A stretch of DNA of 63,627 bases, the filler included, from Sluysia triapertura (lineage: Eukaryota): NCBI GenBank assembly GCA_046118255.1. It is 4 parts of 4 records of this genome, joined end to end, with 100 filler letters (N's around TTAATTAATTAA, not from the genome) between each part and the next. Parts side by side here need not be neighbours in the genome. Positions count along the whole stretch, not along the records: positions 52,022 to 63,627 come from JBJNIA010182868.1; 3 more parts are not named here. One strand, 5' to 3'. The notes beneath the pieces are model-generated. The model searched no databases and was not told the origin of the DNA. It was given only the letters and a program-made list of their open reading frames with translations. Below are positions 54,838-63,627 of this stretch, one piece after another; position 1 is the first letter of the stretch, and the number at the start of each line of letters is the position of its first letter. Position numbers and translations under genes: made by a program.

Positions 54838-56875
54838 TATAATAAGACTTAATGTCATTATCTTCATAATAAAAAATTTCATTTTAAAGTATAAACTATT
54901 ATTTTGATTATTTTAATAACTATATTATTGACATAGGTCTTAAGGTTTTTTTAAAAAGTTATACCTTGATACAAACTTTTTGCCGATAGTGCATATAACA
55001 TGCAGTAATATATGTTAAATTTGTATACTTTAGCAATGATCAGGACCCAAAAACATAATAAATAAATAACATAATATAATTTGGATTTGGATAAAAATTT
55101 AAGATTTTTATATATGTGAAAGAGTAAGAGTTAAAATTTAAGTAATTCCTAAAGAACACAAATAATTCAAACGAGTTAGAATGCACAGAGACCGTCGAAA
55201 GATCGTGCGGAAAATGGTATCAAAAGATTCAAATGCATTTAGTCAACTAAAAAATGTGAATTCAACCTCAAAACATAATATCAACAATACTGCAAGGTGT
55301 TTTCTTTTTATGTTGTTAGGTTATCATAACAACCCTTCTAAAATCTTAAAAAACATTAAAAAGAAAAAAAGGAATTTTCTAGAATATTGAATCATAAAAT
55401 ACCATTTGTTTTGTTTAAAAATATTGGATACTTTTTTGTTATTTGACAAGGAATAACCTAATGGAAAATATTCCTTTCAATTCATCAACCGATCTGTTTA
55501 TTTTAGTGGATCTAACCTTTTCTAAGTTTTTGTTATATTCGTTCCATGAAATTTTGGTAAGTTAATTGTTGTAAGGCGAAGTTAATATTTTGTTTTCCGA
55601 ATTACTGAGGGATAAAATCATTGTTGAAAATTAAAGACCTTAACAGGTTTTAATTTTAAAATCTTTTTTATTTATCGTATCTTATAGCTTTTATATTCTT
55701 CATTAATCGATCGTAATAAATCCTTACGTATTAAACTTATTAGTTAATTTTTTTGGATAAATATTGATTTATCGTTTAATTTAGAACATGAGCACTTGTT
55801 CATTAACATTAATTATTGACTTTATTAGTGGCAAAAAATAGACCCTCAAAATTAAAATAAGGTATTTATTACATATACATAAGTGTTAATTTTAGCGGTT
55901 ACAGGTACACCAATTCACGTCATAAGTGGTATACTGTGCTCAGACGCTGCTCAATTTTATTTTAGTCGTAGGTTAAGAGTTAAGAAAACTACAGCATTAT
56001 TAATCGTTTGAAAAATGAATTTCCTAGGGTCCGCCTATAGCATATGCTTTATGCGTGATCGTAAACGCATCTCTAGGGATCTTTTAATCTATGCTATTAT
56101 ACTCGATATTTCTATCTTAGAGGATCTTTATTTATTCTAAGCTTTCTAACATGATTGTCAGTGAAAGATCGGGGAAAGTGCTTTAGTAGCTAATTATCAG
56201 ATTTGTTTATAAATTGTGATGAGTATTCACAGTAAATCTCGTCATGCGACATGAAAATTTAATTTCTAAGGAATGAGATAATTTTATTATGACCCTCTAA
56301 CTTTCTAGCAATTAAGGTATTTGAAGTGAAAGAAAATCGAAAGTTGCATTTATTATTTTGTTACAGGAACGCTCACTTTACGTTCTAAGTTGTTTATCGT
56401 AACCGGACCCTACTAAAATTTATTTTGCTGTAGGTTAAAAGTTATTTTAATTTATGTTGAAATTTGATGTATACAAACAAAGTATTGTTTTAGTACTTGT
56501 AAAGTTAATAGTGCAAAAAATATAGAGAAATAGCTGAATTTGTTAGTAAAAATATGGAAAAAATATTCTAAAGTTCTATTATTGTTCTAAGACGATTAGA
56601 ATAAGCAGAATCTCAATATAAATCAATTATCCTAAGTTTTGTTAAGTGAACATTGTTCACGAAAAATTAAATGATAGTATCGAAGTTAGGACAATAAATT
56701 TCAGACAAATAATTACAATGAAAACGTTCCAGAACTTTTTTTAGCTTAATTATCTGTTTTTTTTGTTAAAATTAATTTTAGTATTTGGTATTTATTGTTT
56801 ATTTTTGAGGCACACACCCCACTAAAATATGGCCATTTAATTTTGCTAGGCCTTAAGGTTTCAAGACTGAAGTTA

Positions 56876-56970
56876 AACAACTGCAGGAGTAGTCTTAAAT
56901 CCTATAATACAATCCTTATAACAAATAAATGCAGGAGTAGTTCTAAATCATACAAAACAATATTGAGAAT
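56876..56970. repeat. 48-bp tandem duplication
   Basis: Two copies of ..TGCAGGAGTAGTYYTAAATC.TA.AA.ACAAT. Confidence 0.7.
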
Positions 56971-58358
56971 AATTAAATCTTCAAAAGTATCATTGAAAAT
57001 ATGTAATGTTTTCTTTATTTTGATGGAGAACTTTTGCACAGTTAGGAAAGAAAAAGAATTTTTATTTAAAATTAAAACAGGAGTTAAAAGATTAACTGAT
57101 AGTAAAACTGAAAAGTACTGAAGGTTTAATTTTATCGATCAAAAGTCAAAGTGACAGTTACCGACACATGAACAAAAACACATAAAATAAATGGAATTGT
57201 CATATTCATTCCAGCTTAAATAGATTTTTCATTCTTTAGAAAGCAGAAACTAAATAATCACACCGAGAATAATTTTATAGATAATGTACACTTTCAATGA
57301 GCATGGAAACGTTTTAAAAGAACGTTTAATTTCTGATTATTATTCTAACTTGTACCAATTATTTATTACTTGAATTTTTTTTAAAAATTTAATATTTTAT
57401 TTCGGAGAATTAATTAAAATTGGACAATATTTAGGTTTTCTCGCATGAATTTGTTTAAATCATATGTCTATGAAAGGTCTACTTAAAAAAATTACACAAA
57501 GTCATGATATTTTAACATAACATTTCATATTCAAACGTTATTTTCCTTAATTAAGTAAACAATAGAAATTGTATAACCTGATAAAATGTTTCGAATTCGT
57601 TAATGAGCTATTTCTAAAACTAGGTTGCAAATAATAATTCACAAACAACATTCTTAATGTATATTAACTAAATGTTTCTAATTTATTATAACCAAAAAGC
57701 AGTAAAATATATACACAATAATATATGTGGTCAACTGAATTATAACTAGAAATATATATATTCTAGTTTAATTTTTTAATTTTAAAAAGTTTTTATCTCC
57801 AGCCAAAAATAAAGTTGTAAAAGATTTATTAATTTATGTCTAATTTATGTCTCCTTTAACAGAGACAAAACTTAACAAAAATGACTTACAAAATTTTCAA
57901 ATGTAGGTTCCAAAAATCAACAATGCAGTGCAAAATTAATCTAATAAAAGCTGATATAATCAATGTTTTGACCAAGCAATAATATCTTCATTAAGCTGAA
58001 TAACACATTTTTTGTAGTCTGGAATCCTCGATACTATAAGGGCTTTTATAAATCCAAATAGAAATAAGCAAACAAATCAAAACTATTGAAACAGTTAAAC
58101 TAATTGTGCCGCTGTTGTGAAGATTTTTAAAAATTGTACGTCTTTATTAATAATTTTTCAATGTGGCTTATTACAAATAATTATTAAGTAATAAGTATTT
58201 TTATATATTTATTTTCAAAATATTTTATATATTATTTCCAGCCAATTTATATAATTGATTTCATAGGGTTATTTTTCATTATTTTTACACTATTTATTAT
58301 TATTTTAGATAAAAATCGTGGTAAATTCAACAATAGGTTTATTATTATTAAGTTACTA

Positions 58359-58360
<2 letters not shown>

Positions 58361-58436
<76 letters not shown>
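58361..58436. repeat. (ATT)n microsatellite
   Basis: Directly visible. Confidence 0.95.
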
Positions 58437-58437
<1 letters not shown>

Positions 58438-59419
58438 TCTTTTTCAGGCAATATATTTTTCGTTTGATCTCACAACCTTTATCATTCTGATTCATTTTTC
58501 CTAAAAATGATAAATAGCAACATATAAAATTTGTGATGTGGCTAATTGTGTAAAAGATCTGGTAATAAATAAACAAACAATTTGAAAAATCATATTTTAT
58601 GTATCAGCAACATTTGATAAATATTTGAAGATTTATATTTAATAAACTTTTGTGTAATTATAAATATTTATCTGCTTGCATCATTAACTCAATTGATGAG
58701 TCGAAAGTATTGTGATTCTGAATATAAGAGTAACGATTGAATATAAGATATATGTTAGATTTAAATGTCCTTTCATTTTTTTACGTTTTTGTTTTGTAGA
58801 ACTTATGATTACAATATACACTTGAGTTATGCAAGATAATGCAATAATTAAACTTTATTAGTACCGTTTAGATTTCCTTATTAATGAAAATTGCGTTTTC
58901 ATAAAGTTTATAAAATCTTATTCAACAAATCGAAACTTTAAGACGTGTTTTATAATATAAATCTTGCAAACCAATTTTGTGCACACTGTTCCATTTCGCA
59001 TTTTCATTATTATAAAAAGTTAATCAATAAATGATGCAAATAGGATGTAAACACGTATTGTTTAAATGTAAGTATTATTATTTTCATTACAGATGATTTC
59101 TTATTTTAGATATTTTGTAATTTTATTACATATTACCTAAGATAAAAACAAATTACAAAAATTATTTACTTACAATAATAAGTATGAGAATTAAAACTTA
59201 TTAAAGCGATTAAAATTTATTAGCGTATTAATGAAATTTCGATGTTCATATTTAGAATACAAATGTGTAATCAAACAAAGGTATGTATTAAAATTTTAAT
59301 TAAAAATAGTTAAATTTACAAACTTTGAAAGGTATTATTTTTATTATAACTATTGATATATTTTTGATATATAATTTTGCAATATTAAACTTCTTATTTA
59401 AAATAATTTGTTTAAGATA

Positions 59420-60520
59420 GGGTGATAGCTACCGTAAAAGCTTAGTCCAAATTGGCGTTAAATGCTTTTTACTTTAAAGTTTGAATTTAATTTTTTTTAT
59501 CTAAAAGGAGCGCCTAGCCATTAAATTTTATAGATCAATTTTATTCTAGAATAAATTCTGATTACCCTAAAGCGAACAACTCTAAGTACTGAAAACAAAA
59601 ATTGCTTAGATTTATATGATGTGTTAAGAGAACAATTAAAAGACTGAATGAATATTTTTAGGTCATTAGCATTGTTCTGTAGAATAAAGCGCTATTTATC
59701 ATGCAAAACAATGCAACAATTTAGAATCGCAAGAGAATTTCCCGTAAGTTATACTCACTATGTGCAAAATGTAATTTATCAAACGCCATTAAAATGTTAA
59801 GAGTTACGCTGAATAATTGACCTTAATTTTGAGAAAACACTGGTGAACGCCAAATCTTTAAAAAATTTCAAAATGTTGAGAACAGCAGTCTAAAAATTAA
59901 ATGATGTTAGATCAAGTTTTAAACGTAATCTTAATCTGAGTGACTTTGACTTGCACAATTATAATTATAAAGCTAATAAATGCGATAAAGTTGCAATGGC
60001 TAAATCTGAGGTTAAGCATGTTGGGAGTTGAACTCTTGACATTTTGCCTAGCAATCCGAAAATTAAATGTTTTAAACATAAAAAGTAGGACATTTTTCTA
60101 AATCGTGTAAATGTAAATATGGGAGCATCAACCTATTTGAATGTAAAAGGCGCATATAATAAGAAACTCGTAGATTCTAAATAGAATGAAATTAATTTTA
60201 TCACATATTTTATCACTTTGTCTCTAAAACGTGTCAAATTTAGTAACGATACATTATAAATGTCTAGTGTGAAAAATAAAAATTTTATTAAGACCATAGT
60301 TTATAAGATTCAGGTTGGTAAATAGAACCAAAGAGTTGTAACTCACTATGTATAGTTCTTGCAGTTAAGGATAAAGTTAAGCTTGAACTAGATAAGTTAT
60401 TAAAAGGTAATATTAATGGAAAAATAAAATATTATGAATGATGTTCACTATTATTTCTCGCAATGAAAGGATAATGGGTTTTGCAGAGATTATAGATACG
60501 TATAAATTGTAAATGTATGC
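59420..60520 (+). mobile_element. Heavily decayed Ty3/gypsy-like gag-pro-RT remnant
   Basis: In order: frameshifted knuckle KCFKHK(K)VGHFSKSC (about 60065-60108), LVDS protease-like motif (about 60167), CRDYRY RT-like motif (about 60483). Confidence 0.5.
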
Positions 60521-61449
60521 ATTGAACTGTTATGCACAGTGGACTATCAATGTGTGTTAAATTTTTATTTGATGATATTTTTATTATTAATTTTGCATTA
60601 TTGATTTAAGTATTATTAATTTTATATTAACAATTAAAACAATTAATACTTGGATTTTAATAACAATATTATTACTTTTGATTCATTAATAATATTTGGA
60701 TTAATTATTAAAAAAATCAATTTTTTTCACCTAACGTAAGTATTTTATTAAATAAAATAATTATAATATTTTTGTATTGTTTTAGTAAGACCACATATTC
60801 AGATGTATCACACATGTAACAAAGCTCTTAAAGAGTAGAATCAAAAATTTTTTAAAAATATTAGTTATAAGAAGACATTGAATACAGCCAGGATTTTGTT
60901 TTCTTTGAAGAAATAGTTTACGTTAGTTCATTTTATTGATATGAATTCAGTATCATCGTAAAATATACTTAAAATCTTCATTCTGTAAAGATTTGGAAAA
61001 CTTTTTAATAGTTTTCAGTAAAATACGATTTTTAAAAATTTCTTCATTTAAAATTAACTTTTAGTTAATTATCGTAAATTCATATTTATATCTATTGAAT
61101 TATTGTAATTAATTATGAATATATAATTAATTAAAAGAGGAGTTTTTATTTTTTAGAGTTTCAAAATCATAAACTTGCTACTGCATTAAAGCTTTATCAG
61201 AATTTAATTCTGATCTCGAAAAATCAATTTAGTATAAATCCTTGTCATAGGATTTTCGCAAACTATTATCATAATATAAAAATTTAATTTTAAAAAAATC
61301 ATTCGACCAGTTAAATATTCTAAAACCTTGAAAACCTCCGATTTACATTTTACCATTAAATTAAAAATACTTTGTCACTAAATTAGAACATACTTTGGAT
61401 AGAATCTAGTGGGCCTTAGCAAGTTACTCTCATCTTCAATTGAACTTCT

Positions 61450-61516
61450 TTATAAACAAATCCAACGGCTAGCCCTAACCGGTAAGCCTAGTGCGTTGGT
61501 GAACTCACACATAAGC
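61450..61516 (+). ncRNA. Structured RNA motif, copy E, in the leader of a gag element
   Basis: ACAAAT-CCAACG-GCTAG-CCCTAACCG-GTAAGC-CTAGT-G-CGTTGG-TGA-ACTCAC. Confidence 0.55.
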
Positions 61517-61770
61517 TTTACTTTATTTTATAAGTAAGAAACTCAGCAATAGAATTAACTCGTGCCCAGAGTGAGGACCAGTATTGAAGTAATATAAGAA
61601 TAAATATAAGTATTTAAGTATTTAAGAAGAATCTTTAGAATTTGTTACGATAAGTTAAATTTGAGCAAAATTATTATTCCCTAAGTTGATCATTAATGGA
61701 TTAAGTTTTAAGAAAAATAGATAAACAAATTGTACTATACGACGATTACAGATCAAAACTAAGAAATTAT

Positions 61771-63550
61771 ATGGCACTACCTAATGATTTTAAGGAATAT
61801 ATGGCTCAATTAGCCAGAGAAATTCGCCCAATAATGGCATTATCTGAAATGAAAAAATTTGACGGAACAGAGGAAGTCCTCTGCGATTTCTTATTCGAAT
61901 ACTAAAGCAAACGGCTGGAATGAAGCCGAAAAAGTAAAACGAATCCAAAATTATTTAACTGGAGTGGAAATAAGTAATAATAATAAATAGACATGGAATG
62001 AATTTTTTAACGCCTTTATTGAAGAAATAGCACTTGATTACATGAGAAAATATTATACTCTAGGATAAAAAAGCCAAATGAATCTGTATATGAATACGCT
62101 TGTGCTTTTAAAAGCCTTGTCGCCAGAGCTAAAATCCCTGAAGATAAAAAAAGAAATAACATTAATAGATAAATTAAAAACTGGGTTACGACCAGAATTA
62201 ATAACAGATGTCACCTTAATAGAAGGAGAACCTTTTAATGAAGTAATTAAGAAATTAAGAAGTATAGAGCGTTCCTATGTGTATAAAAAGAATAGTAAGA
62301 ATAATATTGATTATTTAAGTGGCAATGAAGACAAAGGAAATAAAAGTCCAAAATTAAGAAGAAATATAATTATGATAATAAATTTACTTCTCTGAATTAT
62401 GAAAGATATAATGACAGTAACTACAATAGCACACGTAGAAGCAATGATAATTTGAATTCAAATAATTATATAGGTAATTCAAACAATTATAAAAGTAACT
62501 CAAATAATTACAAAAGTAATTCAAGTAATTATAGGGGTAATACGAATAGAAATAGAGGTTACCAAATAAGTAATTATGGTGCCTCTAACTATGAATACAG
62601 ACCAGCACCGAGATGGCAACCCAGTTCCAACTTTAATAGGAATAGGAGTAAGAGTCCAATAAGATATGAAAGTAATAATAAAACTCAAACTAATATAGAT
62701 GGAGAAATAATCTGTGACAACTGCAATAAAAAAGTACATAATGCAAGAGATTGTAGGAAATTAAGACAAAGTGTATTTACTCAAGATTTTACTAAAGTAA
62801 AGGGTCAACACCAACAAAGATACCAAAGCCCTAATAGGAAAGTAAGGTTTAATAATAATAAGAGTAATAATAATAATAATAAGAGTAATGATAATAATAA
62901 GAGTAATAAGGGACAGGTAAATTATAACTATAGAAGTTAAAAAGATTATGGAAATAACAGAAACGAATACGAAGATGAAGATGAATTTCAGTATCGAGAA
63001 GAAAGAAATAGGACTAGAGGACAGCGAAGAAGCAGATGATAAAAATCTTAAGTTAATTACCGATGAGGAAAAGAATTCAATGCTTCGTGAATTTTATATT
63101 ACTGGATTAGATTGTGAAAAAAATAGATTTAAAAATAAACATGAAATCTTTGAGTTATAGGCACGATAGATATTTGGAATTTGAGAAGGATAAGCAGAGA
63201 AGGGAACATCGAGAAAAAGAAAATGGATTAACAATTCAACCAATTCAAGTTAGAATTCGAGAAATATTAAAGCAACCTTTGGAAAAAAGAAATAAAAGAA
63301 GTAATCATAAATGAAGATAAAATAAAAAGAATTCAAGAAATAATTGAATTCTGAAGAAATCTGAATCAAATAAGGTAATTGACAAAAAATAGATTTTGAA
63401 TCAAAAGAAAGTAACGATGAAATAGAAGAAACAAATGCAGAATCAAATTCAACAGAAGAAGAAACAAATCAAAAAGAAAAACAATCGAATAATGAATTAA
63501 GTGATGACCAAGAAGTAGAAACAGGTATAGAAAATATTATTAATAATAAA
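61771..63550 (+). mobile_element. LTR-retrotransposon (Ty3/gypsy-like) gag pseudogene
   Basis: MALPNDF..KKFDGTEEV / KANGWNEAEKVKRI..YLTG / IDKLKTGLRPEL capsid-like motifs, N/R/S-rich linker, and CDNCNKKVHNARDC CCHC knuckle. Multiple frameshifts, no pol seen. Confidence 0.75.
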
Positions 63551-63551
63551 G

Positions 63552-63627
63552 TGTAGTGGCCAACCCCATAATTTAAGCTTAAATATAACTCCACTAAAAC
63601 AATTTTAATCACAATCATACTATGTAG
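63552..63627 (+). mobile_element. Start of a TG-terminus arm (runs out of window)
   Basis: TGTAGTGGCCAAC followed by C/A-rich sequence. Confidence 0.55.

Noticed and set aside
55880-56420. GC-richer LTR-like stretch
   Set aside because: No second copy, clear termini or PBS could be established.
58685-58715. TTGATGAGTCGAAAG, hammerhead-core-like
   Set aside because: First core base is wrong, stem II cannot form, and no convincing stems I/III.
61450-61516. RNA motif as a twister or pistol ribozyme
   Set aside because: Shares AAGC but lacks the twister UAA/GAG internal loop and a consistent pseudoknot across copies; the pistol layout does not fit.

Overview
Very AT-rich eukaryotic (almost certainly animal) draft scaffold with five N-gaps and very short GT-AG introns (31-34 nt). 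This fits a compact-genome parasite such as an orthonectid, but that is inference only. Apparently intact host exons: three exons of a KLHL12-like kelch gene, a three-exon gene of unknown function, and a last exon resembling the CD2AP/CIN85 C-terminal coiled coil. The rest is dense with transposon remains (Buster-type hAT transposase, hATm, hAT/piggyBac/pogo MITEs, mariner, two Ty3/gypsy-like gag remnants), tRNA-Ala(CGC)-derived copies, and decayed copies of host regulatory genes (MAPK, SIN1, YOD1/OTU1, Unkempt, UBE2D, possibly RhoGAP). Three patterns are not explained by those features. (1) About 13 copies of a TGTGGTGGCCAAC-type terminus, each opening a strand-biased arm; several face each other around, or lead into, different host-gene copies, suggesting a Pack-type gene-capture family. 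(2) A recurring double-inverted-repeat module (CTGTCATCA/TGACAG pair plus CCAAT pair) between arm and gene. (3) A five-copy ~65-nt structured RNA motif with compensatory changes, whose conserved loop (GTAAGY) and ACTCAC segments recall twister-sister ribozymes, one copy lying in the leader of a gag element. All homology calls are by eye; no searches were run.
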